From: Candidatus Woesebacteria bacterium
Lineage (GTDB): Bacteria; Patescibacteriota; Microgenomatia; UBA8517
Direction of reading: 5' to 3'
DNA: 64,000 nt
Assembly (NCBI GenBank): GCA_016700095.1
Contig: CP065002.1
Coordinates: 176,463-240,462 of the forward strand
How positions within the stretch are numbered: position 1 is the first letter of the stretch; every line of letters begins with the position of its first letter. Positions 20,321-29,935 of this stretch are shown here, in pieces. The translations under genes and the position numbers were made by a program. Below the pieces are notes generated by a model, which saw only the letters and a program-made list of their open reading frames with translations, had not been told where the DNA came from and did no database searches.

Positions 20321-20557
20321 ACTAGCATTATGTATAGATTAAAACGATTATTCAACCGTCAACTTATGCTTAAATGGAAAATTACCGACAATGCCCAAAT
20401 CACTTAGCATTGAAATTTCTTAGCAATATATTTAAGTTTTTAACTTATTAATGAAGCGTACCTTGTTGAAAAAATAGGTTACCTAGTTAGTCAAAATCGG
20501 ACTTGAAATGAAACAACATCTTTACTATCTCAACCGAATTTACGCTATACTTAAACC

Positions 20558-20905
20558 ATGTCAATGCCAGAAATTGATAACAAACCGACTGGATTTACGG
20601 GTCCGATAGAAATTAAAGAAATTCCACAGGATGCCGAAGTTTCTGCGGGCATGGAAGCAGGGGGAGTACAAGCAGTTCCTTCACAATTTGCAACTGCTGT
20701 TCAGGACGATTCGGGAAATCAATTGATTAGTTCTCCTGCAATAAGTAAAGTTACATTAGAGATACCCGCAACCCGTGAACAATTAGAATTAATAGCGAGT
20801 CAGACGTCGGATGAATCAAAAAAGGGATTTGCAATATTCTGGATTAGACTGATCAAAAAAGCATTACGATTTGGATGGAATACTGTCGTTAAGGGAGGAA
20901 ATTAA
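20558..20905 (+). CDS. small hypothetical protein in an operon with the downstream coupling-ATPase-like gene
   Basis: 115-aa ORF ending 2 nt before the next start; basic amphipathic C-terminus (FAIFWIRLIKKALRFGW). Confidence 0.4.
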   Translation: MSMPEIDNKPTGFTGPIEIKEIPQDAEVSAGMEAGGVQAVPSQFATAVQDDSGNQLISSPAISKVTLEIPATREQLELIASQTSDESKKGFAIFWIRLIKKALRFGWNTVVKGGN

Positions 20906-20907
20906 AG

Positions 20908-23229
20908 ATGGATGTCCTACTAACATTGTTTTTCTTCATTGTGTTTCTTTTACTTTTTGTTGGTGGTGGTGTCGGAGGATTTTTTTATTATCTAAATCAA
21001 ATCAAAAGGACTAAGCGCGAAGAGATGTCAATTGATTCGGTGCTTCTTCAGATTGCAGTTCCCAAAAACAATGAAATTAAAATTGACGCAATGGAACAGT
21101 TCTTTGCCGCACTTACTTCGATCAAAGAAAAAACATCTTGGCACAGTACAAAAGTATCTCCGACCATCTCATTTGAGATAGTCGGACGATCAGAAGATAT
21201 TAAATTTTATGTTTGGACTAATACAAAATATCGTGATCTGGTTGAAAAAAATATTCACGGTGCGTATTCCGACGCACAGATATTAGAAGTGCAGGAGTAC
21301 AATATTTTTACGGAAAATGGGAAAGTGGCACATAAAGAAATTCAACTCAAGAAAGAAAATTACTATCCGATAAAATCATTTAAAGAATTGCCAACCGATC
21401 CGCTTGCTTCCCTTACAAGTGCCTTGGCGAAAATGGGAAAAACCGAAGCTGCTGCGGTACAAGTATTAATATCTCCCGCATCGTCTGATTGGCAAAAATC
21501 GGGGTCTTCTTATATTTCCTCAACACGAAAACAGGAGTCAGACCCGGAGAAGGCCAAACACTCGGTTTCATCGAAGGAACTTGAGGCGGTAGAAAACAAA
21601 ATAAGTAAACCCGGTTTTGCAGTGACAGTACGAATTGTTGTGGTGTCGACTGACGAAGAAACTGCCAAAGCACACCTTGCCAACCTTGATAGCTGTTTTG
21701 CACAATATAGTTCCGATCTAAATAGCTTTACCAGCAAAGAAGTTCACAACAAGGGCGGTTTTGTTGAAAGCTTTTTGTATCGTTATCAACCACTATGGAA
21801 CTTCGGAGGTAATAGATTGAGTATTTTAAATACCGAAGAATTGGCAACTTTATTTCATTTTCCCAACAAACAAATTACAACTCCACACATCCACTGGTTG
21901 TATTCAAAAACCGCTCCCGCGCCGGCACAGATTCCTTCAGAGGGATTGTATTTGGGAGTGAGTTTGTATCGGGGAACACAGAAGTCGGTTTATATTTCCA
22001 ATTTCGACAGGCAACGACACATGTATATTGTTGGAAAAACCGGTACGGGAAAGTCTGAGTTTTTAAAAGATCTCATAATGCAGGATATTATGGACGGGAA
22101 AGGTTTGTGTTTTATGGATCCACATGGAGATGCTGTTCAGGATTTGTTGCAAATGATTCCTCCCGAGCGCGCGGAAGACGTTATTTATTTTAGACCTTCT
22201 GACACTGCCAGGCCGATGGGGCTAAATTTACTGGAAGCGAAAACGGAAGATCAAAAACACTTCGTATCAACTGCCGTTATAAATATGATGTATAAATTAT
22301 TTGACCCTCACAAAACCGGTATTGTGGGACCCAGATTTGAACATGCAGTAAGAAATGCAATGCTTACGGCAATGAGTGAGCCGGGCAGTACGTTTATCGA
22401 GGTTATGAGAATTTTGACTGATGCCAAATACGTGCAAGAAATATTACCAAAAGTGACCGACCCAATTGTCAGACGGTATTGGACTGATCAAATAGCGCAA
22501 ACTTCGGACTTTCATAAATCGGAAGTGCTTGATTACATAACCTCAAAGTTTGGACGATTTGTGACGAATAGAATGATTAGGAATATTATTGGACAAAGTG
22601 AGAGTTCGTTTAATTTCCGTGAGGTAATGGATTCGGGAAAATTGCTATTTATTAATCTTTCCAAAGGTGAACTGGGTGAAGAGAATTCAAGTTTCTTGGG
22701 ACTAGTGCTAGTTCCGCGACTACTTATGGCCGCTATGAGCAGATCGGATATTCCGCAGGACGAACGCAAAGATTTTTATCTATATGTTGACGAGTTTCAG
22801 AATTTTGCCACGCCTGATTTTGCGCAGATCTTGTCGGAAGCAAGAAAATACAAATTGAATTTAACCGTTGCAAATCAGTTTATCGGACAAATTGACGAAG
22901 AAGTAAAAAATGCTATTTTCGGAAATGTCGGAACGATAATTTCGTATCGGGTTGGAGTTACGGATGCCAGTTATTTGGCTCATGAGTTTTCTCCGGTTTT
23001 CAGTGAAGATGACTTATTGAACATAGAACGATTCCATGTCTATGTAAAAACAATCGTACACAATGAGCCCGTACCTCCTTTTTCAATGAGTATTTTCAAA
23101 GACATGGAAAAACAAAAACGGATGATGAATCCTAGGGTAGCAGAAATTATTACCGAGATGAGTAGACTAAAATTTGGTCGTGACGAAGAACTGGTGGAAG
23201 CAAACATTGCACGTCGGGCAAAACTATAA
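20908..23229 (+). CDS. VirD4/TraG/TraD-like type IV coupling protein-like P-loop ATPase (membrane-anchored)
   Basis: N-terminal TM helix; Walker A GKTGTGKS followed by a DPHGD motif (compare DPKG[DE] of T4CPs); Walker B LYVDEFQNF; ANQ motif. 773 aa. Confidence 0.55.
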   Translation: MDVLLTLFFFIVFLLLFVGGGVGGFFYYLNQIKRTKREEMSIDSVLLQIAVPKNNEIKIDAMEQFFAALTSIKEKTSWHSTKVSPTISFEIVGRSEDIKFYVWTNTKYRDLVEKNIHGAYSDAQILEVQEYNIFTENGKVAHKEIQLKKENYYPIKSFKELPTDPLASLTSALAKMGKTEAAAVQVLISPASSDWQKSGSSYISSTRKQESDPEKAKHSVSSKELEAVENKISKPGFAVTVRIVVVSTDEETAKAHLANLDSCFAQYSSDLNSFTSKEVHNKGGFVESFLYRYQPLWNFGGNRLSILNTEELATLFHFPNKQITTPHIHWLYSKTAPAPAQIPSEGLYLGVSLYRGTQKSVYISNFDRQRHMYIVGKTGTGKSEFLKDLIMQDIMDGKGLCFMDPHGDAVQDLLQMIPPERAEDVIYFRPSDTARPMGLNLLEAKTEDQKHFVSTAVINMMYKLFDPHKTGIVGPRFEHAVRNAMLTAMSEPGSTFIEVMRILTDAKYVQEILPKVTDPIVRRYWTDQIAQTSDFHKSEVLDYITSKFGRFVTNRMIRNIIGQSESSFNFREVMDSGKLLFINLSKGELGEENSSFLGLVLVPRLLMAAMSRSDIPQDERKDFYLYVDEFQNFATPDFAQILSEARKYKLNLTVANQFIGQIDEEVKNAIFGNVGTIISYRVGVTDASYLAHEFSPVFSEDDLLNIERFHVYVKTIVHNEPVPPFSMSIFKDMEKQKRMMNPRVAEIITEMSRLKFGRDEELVEANIARRAKL

Positions 23230-23437
23230 AACACTTCAATTAATCAAACACCCTCTTTTTGCATATTTGCTGGGTTAAAATAAAACATCACTTAGTTAAC
23301 GATACATAGTCTTTGTGATATTTACTTTGATAATTAAGTTAGCCCTATTCGTTAAATTTTGAAAGATGAGGTTAACATCCAACATTTTTGTTGTTTTTAT
23401 CATAGGTTAAATTTGACAAAGTAGAGTAAACTATTAC

Positions 23438-24286
23438 TTGAATATGGCAGACATTGGCATTATTGGCTGGGGTGTAGTTGGGCAAGCTGCCGGTAATGGT
23501 TTTGCAACAAAAAAGGGAAATCGAATCTATTGGTTTGATGAATACAAAAAATCTCCATATACATTAGGTCAAGTTGTAGAAAAAAGTGAGTTTATTTTTG
23601 TTTGCGTTCCGACCCCTGTATATGACGATGAGAGTGGAATTGATCTTTCCGTTGTTAATAGTGTTGTTAAAAACATAGCAGAATATGCCAAGGGCACAAA
23701 TAAAATTGTAATTATAAAGTCAACTGTAATTCCCGGTACAACAGCCGGATTTTCTAGAAAATATAAAGATGTGGAGTTTGCGATGAACCCTGAATTCTTG
23801 ACGGAAATAAATGCGCCATGGGATTTTTTGAACCCTTCCAGAGTTGTAATCGGATCGTTAAATGAAGATAGCGCTAATAAAGTGGCAATACTACATAGAG
23901 ATCTTTATGGCTATGACATCCCGATATTTATAACCGATCCAACCACAGCAGAACTCGCTAAATACATGGCAAATACTTTTATGGCGACAAAAGTAATATT
24001 TGCAAATGAAATGGCGGAATTGGCAGAGAAATTGGGAGTTAATTATAACAGTGTCAAGGAAATGGTGACCGCCGACCCTAGGATTACAAAAAGTTTCTTT
24101 GGAGTAAGCCCATTTGGTGGTTTCGGAGGAAAATGTTTTCCCAAAGATACAATGGCATTACTTTCTCTTGCAAAGAAATTAAAGGTTGATTTATCGGTTC
24201 TAGATGCGGCGTGGAAAAAGAATTTAAAAATAAGAAAATTTAGGGATTGGGAAGTCATCAAAGGTGCCGTTAGTAAAATCAAATAA
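23438..24286 (+). CDS. UDP-glucose/GDP-mannose dehydrogenase family protein, short form lacking the C-terminal UDP-binding domain
   Basis: N-terminal NAD-binding Rossmann motif IGIIGWGVVG; central-domain motif GFGGKCFPKD (compare GFGGSCLPKD). Only 282 aa, against about 400-450 for full-length enzymes. Confidence 0.55.
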   Translation: MNMADIGIIGWGVVGQAAGNGFATKKGNRIYWFDEYKKSPYTLGQVVEKSEFIFVCVPTPVYDDESGIDLSVVNSVVKNIAEYAKGTNKIVIIKSTVIPGTTAGFSRKYKDVEFAMNPEFLTEINAPWDFLNPSRVVIGSLNEDSANKVAILHRDLYGYDIPIFITDPTTAELAKYMANTFMATKVIFANEMAELAEKLGVNYNSVKEMVTADPRITKSFFGVSPFGGFGGKCFPKDTMALLSLAKKLKVDLSVLDAAWKKNLKIRKFRDWEVIKGAVSKIK

Positions 24287-24370
24287 ATATAGTAAGCTTC
24301 AATTTCTTCTAGTATAATTGCCTAAGGTTCGTATCAAATTGTCAAGTCAGCTCGCGATTAAAATAAATTA

Positions 24371-24443
24371 GGCCCAGTAACTCAGCGGTCAGAGTGCCAT
24401 TCTTATAAAATGGAAGTCGATGGTTCGATCCCATCCTGGGCCA
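24371..24443 (+). tRNA. tRNA with anticodon UAU (nominally Ile, AUA-decoding)
   Basis: Hand-folded cloverleaf: acceptor GGCCCAG/CTGGGCC, D-stem ACTC/GAGT, anticodon stem CCATT/AATGG with loop CTTATAA, T-arm GATGG-TTCGATC-CCATC, discriminator A. No encoded CCA. Confidence 0.7.
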
Positions 24444-24576
24444 CAGTAAGCAAATTAGACCCTGAGCCATTCTTGTGACAAAGCGAAGCTTTGACGTGTC
24501 GAGTTTTGCTCGCCATAAAATGGAAGTCGATGGAGAGTTTGACACATTGGTGTAGTGATCCCATCCTGGGCCACCA
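24444..24576 (+). pseudogene. degenerate tandem partial copy of the upstream tRNA, covering anticodon arm to 3' end, with two insertions and an encoded CCA
   Basis: Reuses GCCATTCTT...ATAAAATGGAAGTCGATGG...GATCCCATCCTGGGCCACCA, with a roughly 40-nt insertion in the anticodon loop and a roughly 20-nt hairpin insertion in the T-loop. No matching 5' acceptor strand. Confidence 0.4.
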
Positions 24577-24620
24577 GATTGAATATGGCTTAATAATGGT
24601 TAACTATGCGTACGTAAAAT

Positions 24621-25454
24621 TTGGACAAAAAAATTATGGATGAAAATACAGCTAAAGAAATCGAAAGGAAGTTTTATCGTAACAAAAAGTCTGTAACACC
24701 TGACGATATATTTTTGCTTGCAAAATATTATGCAGATCTTCATGAAAGCAATAAAGATAAACCACAGGAAAAGAAAAGAAAAAAACCGTCTCCACTTATG
24801 CATGGTATTTATCTTTTGACCCAGGCTTACAAAAGAGGGGCAAGAAGCCGTGATCAACTTCTATATTATAAAAAACTACTTTCAAAGCACTCATATCACT
24901 TATCTCACAACATGCTTCTTGTAAAAATTATTGCCGAATTAAATAGTCTTGACGGTTTAGATATAAAAGTAATTAATAAAGTCACAGGAGATGAATTTGT
25001 CGAAGGGGGAACGCTATTTCTGGGAGACGAAAAATACGTAGGGGAATTAACAGAAGAAATTACAAAAGAAAGTGATTATACAACCTTTAATAAAATCACA
25101 AACGATTATTTTCATCAAGGCAAGTGTGCGACATTTGGTACAGGAGGTGATGGAAATATCGGCCTACAAATTCGCTTAGTGGATGGCAGTGCTCCGACTC
25201 TTAGTGAAAAAGAATATTTGTATTGCTCAGGAAGTTCGCAGGAGTTTTTATTATCCGTTACATCTGGCGTGGTAAAATTCTGCGAATTTTCCGATGGAAT
25301 CAAGATGAAAGTACCACCCGGAATTTACACATGTATAATCTTTATGTTTGAAGTACCTGATAAATTTTTTGGCTATTATGCAGTCCTTGTAAAAAGTGAA
25401 AGTAAGAAAGTTGAGAATATAGGTGATATAGGTTCTCTTGAACCTGGTTTATGA
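24621..25454 (+). CDS. hypothetical protein
   Basis: 277-aa ORF, 4-nt overlap with the next gene; no motif recognised. Confidence 0.4.
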   Translation: MDKKIMDENTAKEIERKFYRNKKSVTPDDIFLLAKYYADLHESNKDKPQEKKRKKPSPLMHGIYLLTQAYKRGARSRDQLLYYKKLLSKHSYHLSHNMLLVKIIAELNSLDGLDIKVINKVTGDEFVEGGTLFLGDEKYVGELTEEITKESDYTTFNKITNDYFHQGKCATFGTGGDGNIGLQIRLVDGSAPTLSEKEYLYCSGSSQEFLLSVTSGVVKFCEFSDGIKMKVPPGIYTCIIFMFEVPDKFFGYYAVLVKSESKKVENIGDIGSLEPGL

Positions 25455-26269
25455 CACAACGGAAACATTTTAGCAATCTACCTTCTTTTTCGACCATCAA
25501 CAAGATATTGATGATGGAGAAGAAATATCCTGTTCCAAAAAGCAAAAAAAATATTACTTACCCGGAATTTACCTTGTTCGAAAATTGGTTAACAATAATT
25601 GGCGTCAGTACTTCTTTTTTGAGTCTAACTTCATGGAAAAAAATGTATGAAGTAGGAAGTGAGCTTGTAAGCGAAATAGTTGACAAAACCTTGCATCAGT
25701 TAAATCGTGATGGCGATTTGGTTAACACGCTAACAAATATTGAAAACTATTTAGGAAAAGAAGATAAACTTGAAAAAACTGACGTAATTATTGTTTTTGG
25801 AAGCAAAGACTTGGGGAAGGTAGACAAGGCATTTAGGCTATGGGAAAAGGGTTACTTTCAATATTTTTGTATGTCAGGCCGAAGTCGTATGGATGCGCCT
25901 TCCCAAAAACCTGAATGTGAAATTTTCAGGGAAAAAGCAATTGAACTTGGAGTGCCGGAAGACCTAATTCTGACAGAGGATACTTCGGTTACACTTGCCA
26001 GTAATGTCAGGCATAGTCTTCTTTTATTCAAAGAAAAGAATATGAATTTTAAGTCAATAATGACGATGGTTGCCTGGTTTGGACAAAGAAGAGCCTGGTG
26101 CCATTTAATGAAGTACACAGAAGATATTAAAATTGTTCGTGTCAACTCGGACATACCTTCTGATCGTCCGCTCGCAAAAGGAAATTGGTACAAAAATGAA
26201 ACTGGAATTAAAGTTATTGCGGGTGAGTTTTTGAAGATGAAAATGGCATCAATGATTGATACCACCTAG
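25451..26269 (+). CDS. DUF218 (YdcF/ElyC-like) domain protein
   Basis: IIVFGSKDLG...MSGRS...EDTSVTLASNVRHS...MVAWFGQRRAW follows the DUF218 pattern (VLGgg...SGG...E..S.nTyEN...VTS.fHm.RA). Confidence 0.5.
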   Translation: MTQRKHFSNLPSFSTINKILMMEKKYPVPKSKKNITYPEFTLFENWLTIIGVSTSFLSLTSWKKMYEVGSELVSEIVDKTLHQLNRDGDLVNTLTNIENYLGKEDKLEKTDVIIVFGSKDLGKVDKAFRLWEKGYFQYFCMSGRSRMDAPSQKPECEIFREKAIELGVPEDLILTEDTSVTLASNVRHSLLLFKEKNMNFKSIMTMVAWFGQRRAWCHLMKYTEDIKIVRVNSDIPSDRPLAKGNWYKNETGIKVIAGEFLKMKMASMIDTT

Positions 26270-26311
26270 ATAATCAAACCACAGTTTTAACTAATTGCAT
26301 TGTGATAATTT

Positions 26312-26887
26312 TTGATTGATAATTCATTTAGTATGCAAATGTCTGCAAGTGCTACCAGAGAAAAATTCCCCTTAAGTTATAAAAAGGTTTACAAAAAAAC
26401 CTTGTCAAATATCCTTGGTTGGGTGATATTTACTCTGATTCTATGGGGTACTTTGGTGGCCATATTGGGATCATCGGGTAATATTGAAAATTGGATCATG
26501 ACTTTCAGTTTAGTAATTTTTACCTTTTTACTATTAATTGTCCTAATAAGTTTTCTTTATCAGCGTTGGTATTATTACTTTTATTTTTATGACTTGGCAG
26601 ATGATTATATTCAAATTAAAAAAGGACCGATAACCCCTCGCGAAATTACATTGCCTTATGAAAGAATCCAAGATGTTTATGTGGATCAGGATATTCTTGA
26701 CAGGATTTTTGGCATATATGATATTCATGTGTCTAGTGCAACCATATCTTCAGGCGTAGAAGCTCATATTGACGGAGTAGAGAAACAATCGGCAGAAGGG
26801 CTAAGAGCTACCTTGCTTGAGACAGTAAAGCAGAGGATAAGTAAAAATAGAGCTACACCTCTGGCGACAAACCTCAAAGCTGCATAA
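26312..26887 (+). CDS. membrane protein with a bacterial PH (bPH_2/YdbS-like, DUF304) domain
   Basis: Two N-terminal TM helices, then YDLADDYIQIKKGPITPREITLPYERIQDVYVDQDILDRIFGIYDIHV, typical of bPH_2. Confidence 0.55.
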   Translation: MIDNSFSMQMSASATREKFPLSYKKVYKKTLSNILGWVIFTLILWGTLVAILGSSGNIENWIMTFSLVIFTFLLLIVLISFLYQRWYYYFYFYDLADDYIQIKKGPITPREITLPYERIQDVYVDQDILDRIFGIYDIHVSSATISSGVEAHIDGVEKQSAEGLRATLLETVKQRISKNRATPLATNLKAA

Positions 26888-26892
26888 ATACG

Positions 26893-27483
26893 ATGAATAA
26901 TATTGTTACCGAAAAAGATTACCCGGTTCGTGTCAAGTGGATTTTCAAGTCGGCAATTAGAGCTTCTATTAGTTTGGTTTTTTTGGGACCATTTATGTAT
27001 TTTTCTTATTACGGACAAAGCTTAAACACTGAATATGTAATTTATATTATGTTGATTGTTGGTATGGTAGTCGCGCAATTATTTATTGCAATTCTGAAAA
27101 GAGCTACATTCCATTATTTATTAGACGAAAATTATTTTACCCTGCACCAGGGAATATTATCAAAACAACAAAGACATGTTCCTTACGGTGTGATTCAGAA
27201 TGTAATTATAAAACAGGATTTACTTGACCGGATTTTGGGCCTGGCATTGTTATCGGTTGAAAACGCATCTTCCGGTGCCGGTGCGATGCAAATACCGCAA
27301 CAAAAAAAATTTTTTGGTATATTTACAGACTCCAGACAGCAAGAGAAAGTTGAAACTGTTGGATATTCGGGAAACAAAATTAGTATACCCGGATTAATGA
27401 AATCGGACGCCGAAATGTTAAAAGAATTAATTTTACAGAAAATGAAAAACAATTCGATTGAAGACAGTCAATCGGGATTATAG
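26893..27483 (+). CDS. membrane protein with a bPH_2 (YdbS-like) domain, tandem paralog
   Basis: Same architecture: YFTLHQGILSKQQRHVPYGVIQNVIIKQDLLDRILGLALLSVEN. Confidence 0.55.
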   Translation: MNNIVTEKDYPVRVKWIFKSAIRASISLVFLGPFMYFSYYGQSLNTEYVIYIMLIVGMVVAQLFIAILKRATFHYLLDENYFTLHQGILSKQQRHVPYGVIQNVIIKQDLLDRILGLALLSVENASSGAGAMQIPQQKKFFGIFTDSRQQEKVETVGYSGNKISIPGLMKSDAEMLKELILQKMKNNSIEDSQSGL

Positions 27484-28051
27484 AATTATCAATTTAAATC
27501 AAATGTATTTTGTAACAGGCAACAAGGGTAAGTTTGAAGAAGCGAAAGCTATATTGGGGAAGTATGATTTGGAACAAAAAGATATTGACCTTCCCGAGAT
27601 CCAGAGTCTTGATCCCAAAGAAATAATTAAAGCCAAATTGGAAGCTGCTTACAACGTAACAAGTGGAGAATTAATCGTCGATGATGTAGCTTTTTACCTT
27701 GAGTGTTTAAATGGTCTACCCGGCCCATTAATCAAATGGTTTTTGAAAACGATTGGCAATGAGGGCTTGGTGAAAATTGCCAAAAATAATAATAATTTGC
27801 AAGTGAGAGTACTTGTTACAATCGGCTATGCAAAAAGTAAAGAGGAAATAATCTATTTTGAAGACACCATTGAGGGAAAGGTCGTGGATGAAAGGGGAGA
27901 GAATGGTTTTGGTTTTGACAAAATCTTTGAAATTCCAACTTTAGGAAAAACCCTCGCCGAACTTACGATTGAAGAAAAAAATAAAATTTATCCAAGGGGA
28001 ATCGCGCTCATGAAATTAAAAAAGTATTTAGACAAAAACAATCTACCTTGA
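27458..28051 (+). CDS. non-canonical purine NTP pyrophosphatase (Ham1/RdgB ITPase family)
   Basis: FVTGNKGKFEEAK, DDVAFYLECLNGLPGPLIKWF, GFGFDKIFEIP and EEKNKIYPRGIA match Ham1/ITPase hallmarks. Confidence 0.85.
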   Translation: MKTVNRDYRIINLNQMYFVTGNKGKFEEAKAILGKYDLEQKDIDLPEIQSLDPKEIIKAKLEAAYNVTSGELIVDDVAFYLECLNGLPGPLIKWFLKTIGNEGLVKIAKNNNNLQVRVLVTIGYAKSKEEIIYFEDTIEGKVVDERGENGFGFDKIFEIPTLGKTLAELTIEEKNKIYPRGIALMKLKKYLDKNNLP

Positions 28052-28108
28052 TTAGTAATACTCCGAATAAACAAATAAATATACAATTTTATTAGAACAA
28101 CGATTCCG

Positions 28109-29935
28109 TCATATTGAAGGAGCGTCACTTGGAGGTATTATTGTATCCCTGTAAGTTGTAAGTTCCGAATCAGGTTGTGCACCAAGACCGTCAAGTAAAC
28201 TATTCAATTCACCAGCTGTCATGTTTTGCCTTTGTTCACTGGTTTCGTCCGTTACGCTAATGACGTAGTACGGGTTAGTCGTATTCGATGGATCTGTAAT
28301 AGTCGAATAAACGATCATCGTATCACCTACTACATTACTTACCAATTTAATTTTACTGCCTTCCAATTCTGTAAGAAAAGCTGAATTACTGAATTGGCTT
28401 TGTGACAATTCCTGCAAGTTTGAAGGATATCGATTATTATCGGCATGATAAATACTGGCAAACAATGTAACCGATTGAACCCTGGCTTGAGCTTCGGAGA
28501 ATTCAGCCGACATTAATGGATTTATGCCCGAAGAACCACCGAGTAAGTTAGTAATCCTTGCTATAAATTCTTCCGCTGTGATTGCGTTTTCGGGAGTATC
28601 AATGGTGAATTTTTCACCAAATCTTGACATTTCTACGGTTGCTAATAGTTCAATTTCTGACCCCGTATCACTGTCTTTGTAAAAGTCATCCAAGATTGTA
28701 GATGAAGCCGTACTGTCGACTGGAGATTTGTAAGTTAGCTGTACTTCACCTTTTTTCATATAGTATGATTTTGTGTCGATCCAAAAAGTTACCGATAATT
28801 TTTTAATCATCTCAGATGGTTTGGGAGGAACATATGCATATATGGCTTCCGGTTTTTCACTTTCGCTTTCAAGCTCTCTTGATATGTCATCAAGTATGTT
28901 TCCTGGAATGTCAAATACAATTTTATGTGTATTTGATCCTTCAATTTGTTCGTTTGACATTTTCGCAAGAGGAAGGATTTTATCGGTTAGTAATTTTTCA
29001 ATCGTTTTTGAATATTTGGAATCAAAATAGGTATTTTTGTTTTCGTTTTGGCTATCCAAACTTTTTCTCGCTTGTGTTTCAGATGAGGTATCGTATTTTA
29101 CCCAGGTATTTAGTAGGGTTGAAAAATCCGGAGCGTTGACACCCATGCCGAGCATTGCGGTTAGAGCAAGCGGAAAGGTGTTTACTTTGAAGTAAAACGA
29201 CTTGTCAAGTGACTTAATGTCCATATCAAATTGGTTCATAATTTTAATGTTAAGGTCGGCTGTTGGATTCTTCTCGTCTGTTAAATCGATCGGTCCCGTG
29301 ACCGACATGTCATATGAAGATATTCCAAGAAAGTCGGGAATGTTTTTCATAGCATCTGAATCAATTGCGACAGATGCATTTAGATATGCACTTGATACCG
29401 ATTCGTGTGCTTTTATCGATGACATTAGTACCCACTCAGGAGTTTTGGGCATGAAAGGAAGTTTGAATACAATATTTTGTATAGTTTTTTGAATATTTTT
29501 GTCAGACAGTGGAATTTTGCCATAAGCAACCATGACACCTGATCCGAGAAGCAAGCAAACGCTTAAAATAATTACAAGCACGATAAATGCAAATAATCTA
29601 ACTTTTGATCCACGTTTCTTTATCGGTTCCTCTGTCATTTGGGTAGTTGTTGTTACCATGGGCTCAGTTATAGATGGTTCTGTGGCAAATTGGCTCACGT
29701 CAGTCATCGGTGATTCGGGGACAGGGTAGTTATCAATAATGTTACCTTGAGGATTTGCCGGCATATCTTGAGCTAATTCCATATTGGGTAAATTCATTTC
29801 AGTGGGGGCTGTGGTTTGATCTGTGGATTGCGATATATCCGGATCGGCTTGAGGTAAGTTATTTGGATTCCATTCGGGAGTTTTATCGAGCGTTGGTTTG
29901 GTGTCATCCATGAAATAATTGTACAAGTATTTCAC
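28109..29935 (-). CDS. large hypothetical membrane-anchored protein with an N-terminal Pro/Thr/Gln-rich tail
   Basis: 608 aa: about 110 aa of low complexity, one TM helix (LFAFIVLVIILSVCLLLGSGVMVAY), then an extracytoplasmic domain. No motif recognised. Confidence 0.5.
   Translation of the reverse strand: MKYLYNYFMDDTKPTLDKTPEWNPNNLPQADPDISQSTDQTTAPTEMNLPNMELAQDMPANPQGNIIDNYPVPESPMTDVSQFATEPSITEPMVTTTTQMTEEPIKKRGSKVRLFAFIVLVIILSVCLLLGSGVMVAYGKIPLSDKNIQKTIQNIVFKLPFMPKTPEWVLMSSIKAHESVSSAYLNASVAIDSDAMKNIPDFLGISSYDMSVTGPIDLTDEKNPTADLNIKIMNQFDMDIKSLDKSFYFKVNTFPLALTAMLGMGVNAPDFSTLLNTWVKYDTSSETQARKSLDSQNENKNTYFDSKYSKTIEKLLTDKILPLAKMSNEQIEGSNTHKIVFDIPGNILDDISRELESESEKPEAIYAYVPPKPSEMIKKLSVTFWIDTKSYYMKKGEVQLTYKSPVDSTASSTILDDFYKDSDTGSEIELLATVEMSRFGEKFTIDTPENAITAEEFIARITNLLGGSSGINPLMSAEFSEAQARVQSVTLFASIYHADNNRYPSNLQELSQSQFSNSAFLTELEGSKIKLVSNVVGDTMIVYSTITDPSNTTNPYYVISVTDETSEQRQNMTAGELNSLLDGLGAQPDSELTTYRDTIIPPSDAPSI

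Noticed and set aside
20175-20557. Confident call of a cobalamin riboswitch
   Set aside because: The GGUGA, CGCAAC and GGAAAG blocks are present, but the B12 box GCCACUG is absent and the element order does not fit RF00174 cleanly. It is kept only as a low-confidence candidate pending cmsearch.
24342-24545. 67-aa ORF on the minus strand
   Set aside because: It lies entirely across the tRNA(UAU) gene and its degenerate copy, so it is spurious.
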